A stretch of 64,000 nucleotides of DNA from Dipteris shenzhenensis (lineage: Eukaryota): the NCBI GenBank assembly GCA_047967505.1, contig CM106538.1, one strand, 5' to 3'. Position 1 is the stretch's first letter; every line of letters begins with the position of its first letter. Positions 50,300-64,000 of the stretch are shown here, piece after piece. Position numbers and translations under genes: made by a program. Below the pieces are notes generated by a model, which saw only the letters and a program-made list of their open reading frames with translations, did no database searches and was not told where the DNA came from.

Positions 50300-53066
50300 T
50301 CAAATTATGTGGGTTTTAGGGTAAATAGATGACCATGTAGCTTTGCATCCCTTAACCCAATGAGGAAGCTCAGCAATAGTTGCTTGTAGCTCATCCTTTT
50401 GTGAGGCTCACAACAAGAACTTAGATGTTTAAATATATTCCCATAATGTCTAATGTTCCTTCTACTTGACCTCATACAATTGGTTGATAGGGCTCCATCT
50501 AGGATTGGTGGGAGCGAGCCCAACTAGGAATGCTTTTCTCAGCATCTCCCAGTTGATTTTCTCTTCTACTCCTAGGTCCCTATACCATTGGTCTACCTTA
50601 CCGTTTATGCTTAGTAGCCCAAATTCATTAACTTAGTATAATTCACCAATGTCCTTGAATTTCTTGCAAATCTGCTCGAACCTTCCAACATGGGATACAC
50701 AGTCTCCCACTCCTAAGAATTTGGTTATAAGCTTCGAGATGGTGATTGGATGGCTCCTTGACACACTAGCATCTCTCCCCACAAAAGCTTACTATTGCAT
50801 AGACCCCCTTCTCAATGCTTGCACTAGGATCCTCATAGCCTCCTCTGTCAACACTGTATGTGGTATAGGTAGAGGTGCTTGAGGGGTTGGCATAGTGCCA
50901 TAATTCGATGGCCTTTGGGCTAGATTATAGAAATTTGTAGGTCGAGTAGGTATTGTGTTAACTAGCCCTAGCCTAATAGGACTTGAAGCTAAGATTTGTG
51001 GTAGCCTTGGTCATACTGGCCACACTAGGGTGGGCCACACTAGGGTTGGGCATTGGCCTATAGGATGTTGCCATAGGGAAAGGGGTGCCTTTTGGGGATC
51101 CTACCCAAGTAAAGTACAGATTGGGATGAGGGGATATTGTGTGAGAAAGAGTATTTTTCCCAAATCTATTTGCTCATTTCCATGCCCTTTGGACTCTATG
51201 GCAAAAAACTGAGTACGTAGGGCTCAGAGGTTCTAGTGAAGGATGGTTCACCCTCATAGAATTGAACATGAGGCCTCGTAGGATCTCCAATCAAGGTGGG
51301 CATTAGGTTATTTGAAGCATATTGGCTATAGATGTAGGAGGAGGGTCTTTATACTCCTCTAGCACTCTAGTTTGCTTGGCAAAGGGATTGACCAAATCTA
51401 GATCGGTCAAGTTGAATCACCCCATGAAATTAGAGAATGATTCCCTCAATTACGAGGCTATGGTTGAAGGTGTGGGGGATTGGGGCCTGATCAAGCTGGA
51501 ATTAGGAGTGATGGTGGCCCCAAAATTTGGATCTTCCCCCATTTTGTCATCAAAGCTCATTGCGGCCTTTAAACTGAAGGACTCTATGTATAGGAGACCA
51601 TGTACTGAATAAGAGCTTAAGGTTGAGATCCCAAATGGAACTGAAGCTCTACTAGACCTCAATTGCATGTGTTGCTCACTCAGCCTAGTTGCTCTAGTCA
51701 GAATCAGTCACTGTGTCTCTCTGGCCTTAAAACAATAGTCATTACGTTAGCCTTAAAGCAGTGGCTTCCTGAGTCACTACATTATTAGCTCATTGCATTA
51801 GCCTTAAAGCAACAACTCCTTAACATGATGGTTACTTAGTGTAGCAACTCTTAACACAATGGGTGAAATAATGTGATCGTGGTTGGTAAAGCAACAATGA
51901 CCTCATAGCACAACAACGGGTGCTTAACGTAGTGATTGTATATACTAGTGACTCCTTATCACAACGACCTTGGAGTTTCTGCATTGGCCTAAAATCTATG
52001 GCTTAAATGTTGATGTGACAGTTGTGAGTTCATTTAATTCCATGTATCAATTAGGTGAGGTCTAGCTGTCAAATAATGCGTTAGTCTCATTGCGTTATAA
52101 CACGATGACTCCTACATGCTAGGTGCAGGCCCTACGTTAAACCTAATGCAGTGACACACTATCTGGCTATGTCATTGGCAGTTTATAGTTCTCCTTGTGA
52201 ATTTTTGGCTTTTTGTTCCACAAAAAACCCTTCAAAACAACCTCAAATGCATCAAAATCACTATATGGATAGAAATGATGGCTTTTACTTTTTTTGCTCC
52301 AAACACACACTTTTTCCTCTCAAACCAGTCCTATTCTCCACTAACAACACTCCTAGTTAAGCTAGAAAAAAGCATTGTACAATGGGTGGTTGATTGTAGA
52401 AAGGTTATGCATAGCAAAGGCATACCTCAAACTCCCTGGTAATGGCACCAAAAATGTGTAGCCGATGGTGACCCCATGTGTTTTAAGGACCTTGAAAGAA
52501 TGCCATTGGACACTCCACTGCCAAGCAACTCCTTGTGAGAGCTTTGCATGCACGAGCCTAATAGTTGTGTCACTCAAGTGTCTATTGGATTGTGTCAATG
52601 TGATTCCACAATAATGTAGAGGGAAGGGGAAGACAAGTGGGGAATGTAGGAGACGAGAGGGGATGTGGAAGGGAAGGGGAGAGTGAAGGGTGGAAAGTGG
52701 CAATCACAAGGCAACACATAATGGAAAGCAAGAATTCTCACTCACTGATGAATGGAGAGAATGAGAGAGCTTGTATTCCAAAAGTTTGCAAGTACACAAT
52801 GAAGACCAAAGTCACACTTTTAGGATTTTAAACAATCCACCTTTTGAAGGGAGGGATAACCCTTGTACTCTCTTTCACCTCTCTCACTCTCTTCTTGCAA
52901 GCACTTGCGACCATATGGCTCCAAGACGGATAGCATATAAACTCCCACACATCCTCTTTTACTTCTCCACTTTATCATTACAATCACTTGGTGCTGGCAT
53001 GAACTGTTAACCATTGTAGTTAACAAGGACTCTAAGAACAATCTAGCCAAACCAATCGCTTAGCCA
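50300..53066 (-). mobile_element. Degenerate Ty3/gypsy (Athila/Tat-like) 5' part: LTR, PBS and gag
   Basis: Minus-strand gag KFLGVGDCVSHVGRFEQIC..QWYRDL..INWEMLRKAFL (~50520-50730); PBS-like TGGTGCCATTACCAGGG (reverse complement of 52434-52450, resembling the TGGCGCCGTTGCCGGGG type); LTR ~52455-53066. Confidence 0.75.
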
Positions 53067-53741
53067 TAAAATACATTTCCAATTTCAAAAACATCATAGT
53101 CACAATTTAGGAAAGATGATAACCATATAAAATTTAGGTAGCTTTGTATAAACTACCCTCTTTTCTTGTCAACATTTCGTGTACAAGTGTAAAATTACTT
53201 ACTGTTATAGTGTCAAATCACAAATATTGGGTATTCACTCTACACATACAGGTCTGAAGAATCAAACCTATCCCAAATGAGAAAGGTTGAACAAAGCTGC
53301 AAATATATCACAGTTTACCATGGCACCTACAACCAACCTCGGTGGGTAGTACACAAATTGTTTGACAAGTAATGTGTGATTAAGAAATTTAGAATTCAGC
53401 ATTGTACAAAGAAACCAACTTGCAAACTATTCATCAATTCAGAATCTTAAGATGTGCTACAAAATATAGAAAAGAAAAATTAAAATCTAGCTCTTTGAGA
53501 ATATACGAGCTGCATATATTCATGGATAAATAAAATTTGAAAAGAAAGTACATATATACATATCTCTTGCCACATAGGTAGTAACATCATGTTCTCATGG
53601 AGACTTTCCAAGACCAAAAATGGGAGAACTCCATGAATGCTGAGTCCAATGAATTAACCTAATGGAAATGACATGATACTCCCAAACAATGAAGCCCTCT
53701 TGACTTGAAGTGGCTTTCTGCTACCAAAGGGGAACTTGAAT

Positions 53742-53977
53742 GTCATGAAATGCAATCCAAAATGCGGTCAATGAGAAATGCTAACACATTATTAGCCCAA
53801 CAACTCTAGAGAACACTACATTTGGAATATTTGCATAGGGTGACATTTGCAATTGTATGATGTCATGAATTGCAATCCAACACGTGAAAAAGTAGCAAAT
53901 GCTAGCACATTATTAGCCCAATAACTCTTAGCAATGTTGCAGTTGGAATATTTGCATAGGGTGACATTTGCAGTTGT
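53742..53977. repeat. ~120-bp tandem duplication
   Basis: GTCATGAA.TGCAATCCAA..CACATTATTAGCCCAA..GGAATATTTGCATAGGGTGACATTTGCA occurs twice. Confidence 0.9.
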
Positions 53978-55019
53978 CTTGATCGGAATAGAATCACTAA
54001 AGCAAAGAGTGTCCAATGTTTGCCTAAGTTTTATTTTGGTAGAACTTGAATGAAATAATCATCAAAAGATAAGATTTCTGGTCAGAAATCAATGACTATG
54101 GTTGTGATGAGAAATAGAATTTGTGAGTACTAGTAATGTTGATGTCAACTTAACTCTAGTATAGGAGTAGCACATGGCCTACAAAGTTGCCTACTTTATA
54201 ACATTGGAAATGAACAGGATGAAATGGTCTAAGGTACTAGGTTTTACAATGTCACCCTGATAGATTTTGTTACATACTAAGACCATGTTCTCCTTCCTAT
54301 AAAGATCACGCTTTGTGAAGTTATAGAACTGGAATTATTTCTTCAAGTACCATTCATGCATCAAAACCTCATAAGGTTGTCAACACATGGCAAGAAAGAA
54401 TTAACACAGCATGAAGAAGAATCGAACATGAGGGGAGAAGAAGACGTGCAATAACATGTAGTTTTGGTGAAGTGCCTTGGATAAAAATATGATTCTCCTT
54501 CTGCACATTGTGTTCCTTGAGAGGGATCTCCTCAAGTGACATTGTGTACTTGGAGGTCATCTATGAGTGAGGAGTGGAGCCATGAAGGTCAAATCATTAG
54601 GCCAAATTAGACAAAATATCTTCTAAAGGAACATATTAAGCTTACTTACCTTACATGCCATGAGGAACTCTAAGAGCCATAAGCTTTGGAGTGATGTACC
54701 AACGTACATAGCTATAAAGTGTTGCATTACAACAACCCCAGGATCCCACAATTTCTCTACTAGAACCATCCATATTCAAAACCTTGTGCATAGAGGACCA
54801 ATGGGTGCTAGGCCAGCATTCAGAGGATGAAAACCACACTAACACACTTAGCATTTGTGACAAAAGTCCTCAAGATGTACATGACTTGCAACCAAAAGAC
54901 CCACGAGGGGATCTCCATACTCAAAAAAATGTTGAAACATTGATTTGGAGAGGAATTAGTAGCCAAAGGAGAGAAAAAACAATGAAGAAAAGGCCAATCA
55001 AGTTGAATCCATAACAAGC

Positions 55020-55058
<39 letters not shown>

Positions 55059-55253
55059 TTATACATTTAATTGCCCCACTTTCTTTATGATATGATTCCT
55101 TTTTGGGAATTATTTAGTAATTTGGTTTATGTCGGAATTTCACTCCCACTCTTGTTAAATTTTACAACCTTATCTACTTGTGTTGTTTTCACTTTTTTTA
55201 AAATATTATTGAGCTTACTGTACTTAATGTCCCATCTCCTTTAATATAAGTAG

Positions 55254-55254
<1 letters not shown>

Positions 55255-55320
<66 letters not shown>
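55255..55320. repeat. (CA)n microsatellite; further arrays at ~55022, 58754, 59423, 59842 and 62414
   Basis: Visible directly in the sequence. Confidence 0.95.
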
Positions 55321-55321
<1 letters not shown>

Positions 55322-57191
55322 TTTCTATACTTTACATTTACACACTTGCACACACACAATTTTTGCTCCACTGGCTCTTTTTGCTCACACACAAATTATA
55401 CACTGGCTCTTTTTGTACACACCATATATTAATAATTATGGTATTTATTTCAAACCCCCTAAAGTTATTATCCCTCTTTAAAACAAAATAAAAGTTTTAA
55501 TTTTATTAAGTTCCCTTTTTTCCTCATTTCTAAGCCTTCTCTTCATAAACTTTATTAGTAATTTAAAAATTTTACATTCTACTCATTATTATTATTATTA
55601 TTATTATTTCCATTTAATAAACATCCCCCCCTTCCCCCCCACCCCTTGATCCTCTTATGTTTATAACCACACCTCGTAGTGTTTATGGCTTCTTATTGTT
55701 CGTAGTGCTTTTGTGCTCACCCAACTTGACTGAATTACCTCTATGCAGCAGATGCATTGCTAGCTGCAAATGACCAACCCAGCACCTTCTCTTTCGATAG
55801 AATGTTTGAAGCTTTTCACATATGATTGCTATCGCCACTATAATTGCTTTTTTCTTTTAAAAAAGGAAGCATTATCCTATGTTTTTACTGCTTGTTACCT
55901 TCTAGATTTACACGAAGTGTCGCGAGCCTATGAGCGAGCTAGCTCTAGTCTGTGCATTCTTGTCTCTTCAGGTGATACTCATCATTTAATGGTTTATTAA
56001 CTGCGTTGACAACACACTAATGGCTATTGGTATATAGTGGTAATTTTGCTACATTGCTTGATGATTTGGCAATTTGGTCATAGCCCTTTCAACATTCTTG
56101 GCTTGGTAATATTCTTGATCAAGTACTCTATACCGCATAGTGCTCACTTTGCGGTAACTAGATAGCGAGCCGGTACAAAAGTAGATGGAGAAGCATCTAT
56201 GCTAACATTTGTAGCTGAGAAAGCGCTTGGGATTACATCCCTTAGTTTTTGTCATCAATGTCCACGCTACTTTGTATTGCCAAATTTGCACTGACGATTG
56301 TTAACATAGGTTTACCGAGACTATCTCAACCATTGATAAAAATTGTATTAGGTCACCAAAGGTACCGTGATGATCATGAACAAATGTGTTTTCTTGGCCG
56401 TCACTTGGTTATTAAATGAAAAGTGGCTTACGTGCTCTCTCTTCCCTACATAATCACTCGGTTTGTTGTGTTGATCATGCACTAATACGGTGATTCTCTA
56501 GCTTGTAGGTTGGTACACTAGTAGTTCATTGTTGCCTTGGCAATTTGACTTAGCATGTACTGTTGATAACTCTCTTATAGCTCTCTCTTGGACCCCTTAC
56601 ACTTTCTAAATTCTCTATATATCTTACGACTGATGTGTTAATGCATTTGCTGATGATTAAGTTTTTGCAATTGATTGGTGGTGTCTAGATGCTTAACTTT
56701 CTATATAGATGATATTTTCTCTCCTCTATGCTCTCAAGGCGTTCTTTATATAAAATTTTCAAATAGGTTCTCTTATAAGACTGAGGATACGATCATTCAT
56801 AACTCTAATTTCTTATAATATGATGTCCATGTATGCTAACCTTTGGTTGGATTAATGGGTTTTATTTCTTCAGAAAAGTAATTTTGTAACTCCTTTGTAA
56901 CCATTCTTTTTTTAACTAATGTCTTTTCTTATTGTCTAATTGCTTTCAATTATATTTTAATTACCTTTCTTGGGAGAGGACTACCCCTCATCTTGATTTC
57001 ATTGGCCCTTATGCTCCTTTTAGGGATGTGAAATAAAGGGAAATTTTTGCTCTAACTAAGCTTTTGATTTTTTCTAAGCACATTAACCTTGTAATTGAGT
57101 AATTTAAAGTTAATTTACGTGTTCTCTCCACATCTCTCTCTAAAATAGGAGTTTATGCATTTATTTTTCTAGAATCCTAAATGATAGTTCT

Positions 57192-59823
57192 TGTTCCTAG
57201 GTAAAGCAATAACAGGCTAGGGAATACAGGCATTACCTGTCTACCAAAAGGCAACCTCATTGTTCTAACAACTGGTTGTTTTGGATGATGGTAGGTAAGT
57301 AGACCCTGACCTCGGAGCCTAGAATACCTAACGGATTCGACATTGTTTTACTGTTTCTTTGCAAAATCCATATTAAGAAAAATTCTATTGCCAATCCTGT
57401 GGCCTTTCGTTCCAAATTCTAGGATTACATTATTATCAAAAGTTACTTCAATTTAGTTTTCTTAATGAATTTCAATCCATTTCTCATATGCATCTTTTTA
57501 TAATTATCCATATGGTTAAATTAATTATATGGTTCATTTATTGATGGAATTATTAAATCTAAACAAACACATGATCTCCCAACTAGCCTTTAACTAGTTG
57601 GGCTAGTACCATACAATTCATTCATAATCATAGGATAATTTTAAGCATACTCAAATATTTGTCAGTGGATTTAGTTTGTGTCATAATTATTTTTATACGT
57701 GTCTCATATATAACTTTTTATCCAATTGGTGGAATTAATTGTCTGGCTCATTTATTGATGGGACTATTAAATCTAAACACACACACATACACACACACAT
57801 ATGAATACTTTCCTAACTATGAATTATTCTTTTATGTACCCTAGTGAAATCTTCCCTTTACACTTTCTTTTTAACCATCCCACATACCAAGCCTACTTAT
57901 CATCCCATACCTCCTCTAATCCCTTATTAACCCATGCACTCATTCACTCCTTACTCCAGTTATGACTTATACCTCACTTGTGGCTAAATTGTTTTTTTAA
58001 TTATCTAAGAATCCATATGGTTGTCTATATTCCTAGGTAAAGCAATAACAAGCCGGGGAAAACATGCATTACCTCTCTACCCAAATGTAACTATGATGTT
58101 ATAACACCTAGTTTGTTTGGATGGTGGTAGGTAAGTGGACTTCGATCTCAAAACCTGGACTACCTGAGGATTCGACATATTTTTTCAATATTATGTTTGT
58201 CAAACTCAATATTATTAAAAATTCTTAATTTTGATCAAAATTTTTGCAAACTCTAGTTGCATTTTGCAACTTAGATGTCTCAAACATTTTTTCCTTATAT
58301 GTTTCTCTTTTTTACAATTTTATCCAATTGATGGGACTTACTAATCTAAGCCCACACTTTGATTTCCCAACTAGCCTTTGGTCAGGCTAGTGCCATACAA
58401 TTAATTCACATCCATTGGATAATTCTTTAGCATGGATATAATCCCTAGTCATGTTGTGATCCACCTTATTTTTTACTAACTTTTATATCTATTTTGCAGA
58501 AGTGGTTTATGCATGGTAAGACAACTTCAACTACTAGGTAAACAATAAGCATGCCGCACATGAGGGAATTGAATTATTTCTTCTTCCACTCATACTCCAT
58601 TTCATCATATACATAGAGTAGTTTAAATAATATTTATTCCTTTCTTCACTGAAGATCCACTTTTATTTACTTATTATCAATAGGTGGGGAGTAAGTTGCA
58701 CATGGTGGGCTTACTCCCCACCATGTGGACTTACCCTGTGGGTTGGGGGTGGGACACACACACACACACACACACACAAACAAAAAAATTGATTAGTAAA
58801 TGTATCTCACATAGACACTTGTTTCTTTATACATAAATACACACACACAAACATGAATACTTTGCTAACTATAAATATTCTTTTATGTACCCTCATGAAA
58901 TCTTCCCTTTACACTTTCTTTTTAACCATCCCACATACCAACCCCACTAATTGTCCCATACCTCCTCTAATCCCTTCTTAACCCATGCATTCATTCGCTT
59001 CTTACTCCAGTTGTGACTTAAACTTCACTTGTGGCAAAATTGTTTATTTAATTATCTAATAATCCATATGGTTGTCTATATTCCTAGGTAGAGCGATAAC
59101 AAGTCGGGGAAAACATGCATTACCTATCCACCCATACATAACTATGATGTTCTATCACCTAGTTTGTTTGGATGGTGGTGGCAGATAAGTGGACCTCGAC
59201 CTCTAGCCTGAGGATTCAACATCTTTTTTCAATATTATGTTCGTCAAACTCAATATTATTAAAAATTCTTAATTTGGATCGAAAAATTTGCAAACTCTAG
59301 TTGCATTTTTCAACTTAGATGTCTCAAATGTTTTTTTCTTATATGTTTCTCTTTTTAAACTTTTTATCCAATTGATGGAATTAATTGTATGGCTCAATTA
59401 TTGATGGGACTTCTTAATCTAAACACACACACACACACACACACACACTTTGTCACATGCATAACCCCCTTAAATCTTGTTTAGGGGTGAAACTCTTTAT
59501 TATCTCTTTATGCTTTAGAGTTACCCAAAGCCTCCCTAGTTACTTATTTTCTTTCTTATTTCTTTAATAAATTAAGTATTGCAGTAGTTAATTCTACTTA
59601 GTCATTTGTTTAAATTATCATAAATCTTCAATAAATTGGAAATTTTATATCCCCCTCCCTCTTTTATTACTCTAATTGTTGTTATCAACTTGTTTAAAAA
59701 AAAATTGCCCCTTTTTCCATAAGAGTTATATTATATAATGAGATGCTATAAATTTTACAAGAATCCCACTATCTTTAGAATTTGTTTCTTTATATTTAAT
59801 AAAAACATGTTTCCCCCCTTCTA

Positions 59824-59866
<43 letters not shown>

Positions 59867-62410
59867 AATATTTTCTCTACCTAACTAGCCTACCTTTCTA
59901 TTCAACCACCTACCTAACAAACCCTCTACATAGCCTTTTTCGTCATAATGGTTGGGAATTGCTCTTTTAACACCTTCTTTCTATATTGCCTCATGCTCCT
60001 CTCTTTTACTTGCTCCTTATTAGCTTTGTTTGAAGCTCCTCTAACTTCTATTCAAACTCGCTTGTTTCTCTTCAAAGTACATGGCCTTCTCTTCATCTTC
60101 TCGCAAGTTGGTGCCTTGACCACATGCTGTGATCAACTCTTGATCCCTGCCTAGCTCCTATTGCTTTCCTCTCGAGCTCTTCTTGTTGTCTTTTCCACCC
60201 TTCTTTGGTGACTTCATGCACTAGGCTTGGTTGCATTGGCTCTTACTGGCTTGATAGGCTCGTAGGTGGATAGCACTCCTCTTTACATTATTTCCTCCTG
60301 CCCACTGGCACGTAACTCCCAGCTTTCGCTTTCTCTATTGCATTGATGATTACGGTCACCTTGCCTCTCGGCTGGTCGCCTTCTCCTTATTGTCTCATTG
60401 TTACTTCATCACCCCTTGCTTATGGGCAACGTAGCCACCACCCATTCCTCTCTTCTCGACCTCGAGCTTCTTACACAGCGCTACCTTCCTTTGGTTCTTA
60501 TGTGTGTCTTCTTTTGGTTCTTGTGTGTGTCCCTTTCCTGATCATGTATTTTCTTATATATAAATAAATAAATAGATAAAATATATAAATCTCTTTTAAA
60601 TCTTCCTTTATTAGGTATTGTGCTCTTTTTTTAAACCTTAGTTTATAAATACACCTATATTATTTGCTTCTATATATATATATATATAGCTAGGTAATTT
60701 ATATTTGTAATACTCTTGTATATTATATATATTTTTGGGTGGAGATTTTTTTCATCTTTCTCTTTTCTAAATTCCCTTATTACTACTATGAACCGGATTT
60801 CTTTAAAAAAAATTTAAGTCATTGGTATACATTGATGAGTGTGGATGACCCCCCTTCATGTCTCTAAACCATTTAATCAATTGCGTGTCTCTTTTATAAA
60901 ATGATAATTTAATGAAGGAACTGGAAGTATGCTTTATTTTTTAATATAGTGCTTTTATAATGTTTTAATGGTTGAAGTCATATATTTAGTTACTTTTATA
61001 TATTTGTTGCTTTTGTGTTCTTTTGAGGACATTTATTTCATTTTTTCTATTTTCACATAATGTATATTGTAGTGGGCTTCACTTTAGCGTAATATGCAAT
61101 TTTTATTTCTAATCCCCTTTTCTTGCAAGTTATATATATATATATACATATATATATAATCTTGCTTACATGTTTCTTATAGAACATTTTTATCTTGTTC
61201 TATGCATATTATATGTATATGATGTCTTGAAATTATTTTTTTATATTTTTAGTTATCTAAAATAGCTTTTATAATTACTTTAAATTATATTACATTAATT
61301 GCCCTTTTTAAGAGTTTGGGTTTTTAAATTGTCGCATAGTTAACCTTTTTCTTGACCTCTTTATCATTATTGTAGCAACTTTTTGATATGGCTTTGGTGT
61401 GGGCTTGGACTATACTCCTTGGCATCTTTTCCTCAAGAAAAAGGGTTCGATAGCATTTTTTACCTTGGCATCATGGATTACAACTTGTTTTAGGATACCT
61501 AAGTTTTTCTTGGTAGTTTTGTCTATTGTGCTTTTTCTTTATTTTTTAATCCTCAAAATAGTTAATTCTTTTCACATGCTTATCTAGGCCCTAATTCATT
61601 TCAAGTGATTTATTTAAATTATTGCAATTTTCTTAGTATCTTAACAGTTCTACAAATTAATTATTTAAATTGTCTAATTAATCTTTTCATGGCTTAAGTG
61701 CTTTGCTTGTTCCTTTATGAATTCTTTGTTATTTTTCCTATGTGCAAGTTATTTTTTGGTTCAATCATTTATTTTTTTGTCCTTCAATTCCCAAATATGG
61801 GTGTGGATTACCCCCCATCATCATGCACGAAAAATAAAGAGACATTTCGATTTTCCACAAGGGTGTGGACTACCCCCCTTGTCTTTTTTCAATAAAGAGG
61901 TAGACCATCCCTTGATTCCCTTTAAATTGATAATATTGGTTCCCTTATTGTCTCACACACTTTGGTGGTAGAGTAATGATGGAATTGTGACACTGATTGT
62001 ACATATAACATGGTATTTGCAAAACATTGACATTTGTGAATCTAGACGGATGCCTTTGTTCCTAGGTAAAGCAATAACATGCCAGGGAATACAGGCATTA
62101 CGTGTCTACCCAATTGAAACTCTAATGTTCTAACACCTAGTTTTTCTTGGATGGTGGCAGGTAAGTGGACCCTGACCCTGGAACCTGGACTACTTGATGG
62201 ATTCGACACCCTTTTCTAATCTTGTGTTCCTATTGCTAGCTTAATATGATTATAAATTCTCATTTTTGTTAGAATTTTGCAAACTCTCAATTTTTTACAA
62301 GTCCCAACTTAGATGTTGTAAATATTTTTGTACTTGTCTCATATATAACTTTTTATCCAAATGGTGGAATTAATTGTATGGCCCATTTATTAATGGGACT
62401 ATTAAATCTA

Positions 62411-62448
<38 letters not shown>

Positions 62449-62480
62449 CACACACACGCACACACACACACACACACGTG
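57192..62480. repeat. Local repeat family: ~150-bp module (57192-57342, 58028-58177, 59079-59221, 62057-62208) with an AT-rich tail that usually ends in (CA)n; includes the duplication ~57790-58340 / ~58842-59420
   Basis: TTCCTAGGTA.AGC.ATAAC...CATTAC...TTGGATG.TGG..G.TAAGT.GAC...GGATTC.ACA in four copies, with shared downstream TTTTATCCAA.TG.TGGAATTAATTGT..GGC.CA.TTATT.ATGGGACT. Confidence 0.85.
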
Positions 62481-62939
62481 CGTGCGCATGCATGCATGCA
62501 CACACATTCGTTGCTTTGAATTCCAGAGGTAATTTTTTTCTATCGCCTTAAGCCCACTCAAGCCCTAGTCTAAGGGAGTGCTTCATGGTCCCTACACCCC
62601 ACACAAGGTAGGGGGCTAGATGAAACTACTCTCAAGGTGTAGGGTGCCTGGATTGCTCAATGGAAGAAGTGGTTTTGTCATTTTCTCTTTTGCATGCATT
62701 CAATATTCATGCATTATGTATCATGCAATAGATGTTAGACATCACTAGTCGCACTAAAACATGGATTTTGTATATGTAGATATTATATGCAATTTGCAAA
62801 CTTCCATATAGTTTTTTGGTGAGATGGAAGGTTACATTGGCTCTAAGCATAAGCATGCATGCTATGTTTCCAAAGGCATAACACAAACTAGTTAATCAGT
62901 TGTGCTTTGAGAGAAGATGCTAGAGTAGATAAATAATAG

Positions 62940-63105
62940 GTTTGTGTGTGTTTGTGTGTACACACATGCACACATGTGCATGTGTACACACATGCACATA
63001 TGTGTGTGTGTAAACACATGTGCACATGTGTGCACATGCATGCATGCATATGTGTGCACGTGCATGTGTGTGTGTGTGTTTGCATGTGTGTGTGCAAGTG
63101 CATGT
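62940..63105. repeat. Degenerate (TG/CA)n alternating purine-pyrimidine tract
   Basis: TGTGCACACATG-type low-complexity run. Confidence 0.85.
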
Positions 63106-64000
63106 TGTGACATGAAGTTGGGGGTAATAAACTTCACGCACCTCTTCACTTCCTACTGCTTTCAAACTGAGTGATAGAGATCTTTATCACTGGGAAAGGG
63201 ACATTAGAAATAAGCTTTTATACCAAGAGACCACACCATACTTTCCTCCCTTAGATGAGAATAAAGATGGTAACATCCCAAGTGATGTTGTACTCAAGCA
63301 TAGGGAGAAGGAAAGCATCAGCAGAAGCCATAATCTTAGTAAGCCGGTCTGTGCCAAAGAGAAGAGCGATACATTGTTAAAAGAAGATCTTGCGGCTCAA
63401 CATGACGTGAACTAATATATATCGAGGAGTTTGAAGGGGATGATTGGGTCAGATGGGTAGGTTCCGAGGAAACATTGCACCTCCTTCATAAATACCTTTA
63501 CAATTGCCTCAAAACACTCTCCAAAATATTATAAGACATAGAGACCCATAACTTTCAACAAATACATGATATCAAATATTCAAACACATATTAAAATGCG
63601 TCTTCAAATGGGCTTCGCTCTGATATAAGTTGCATAAGAAACAGAGAAGCGGTCGGAAAGATATGGGCAGTTTACTAGACGGGGGTAAACATTATCTGGG
63701 AAAAAACAGTCACACACAGAGTCATAGATTTTTGTTTTGACATCCAATACAATAATTGAATACATAAAATGATGCTCCTTGAAGAGAGCTTTGTGGTAAT
63801 ATAAGTTTCATTCAAATGGGACCATCGAGCAAAAAGTTATGAGCAAAATATTGACAAGGGGTCAAACTATCATGAAAAACACTTACTCCTTCTATTGGTG
63901 CCGACTTGGGAGACTACTACCTCCATGCTTAGACTTAATTAATGATCTAAGTCCCATAGAGGTCACCTAGGAGGTAAGAAAGAGCCCTTTTGTGGCTTGG

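Noticed and set aside
54650-54910. Cys-rich minus-strand segment ending at a GTAAG donor, possibly a decayed zinc finger
   Set aside because: Stops at key positions; ligand spacing not recoverable.
57192-57342. Cassandra/5S rRNA origin of the 150-bp module
   Set aside because: No convincing match to the 5S A/C-box region beyond GGATG.
63131-63415. Stop-free plus-strand frame of about 94 codons
   Set aside because: No ATG, no clear splice acceptor and no recognised motif.

Overview
Repeat-rich land-plant nuclear DNA; a fern or other seed-free plant is my inference from TE style and microsatellite density and is not proven. Two host loci are recognisable. (1) The last 7 coding exons of a GH38 alpha-mannosidase (+, 2025-11399), whose 8.1-kb intron is filled with TEs. 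(2) A MIR319 hairpin (+, ~43709-43876; mature UUGGACUGAAGGGAGCUCCC) at the end of a ~2.5-kb CpG-rich stretch with no recognisable TE. Most of the rest is transposon-derived: a very young intact Ty1/copia element (31312-36797) nested in an old copia, degenerate Ty3/gypsy, copia and LINE relics, solo or partial LTRs, foldback elements and microsatellites. The most unusual item is a ~1.5-kb non-autonomous LTR element in the mannosidase intron whose internal region is an antisense fasciclin (FAS1/FLA) gene fragment, lying next to an ATL-type RING-H2 pseudogene fragment. Also notable are LINE-like 3' ends apparently inserted repeatedly at GT-repeat sites and a ~150-bp TG..CA module repeated four times. 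All analysis was by eye; no searches were run.
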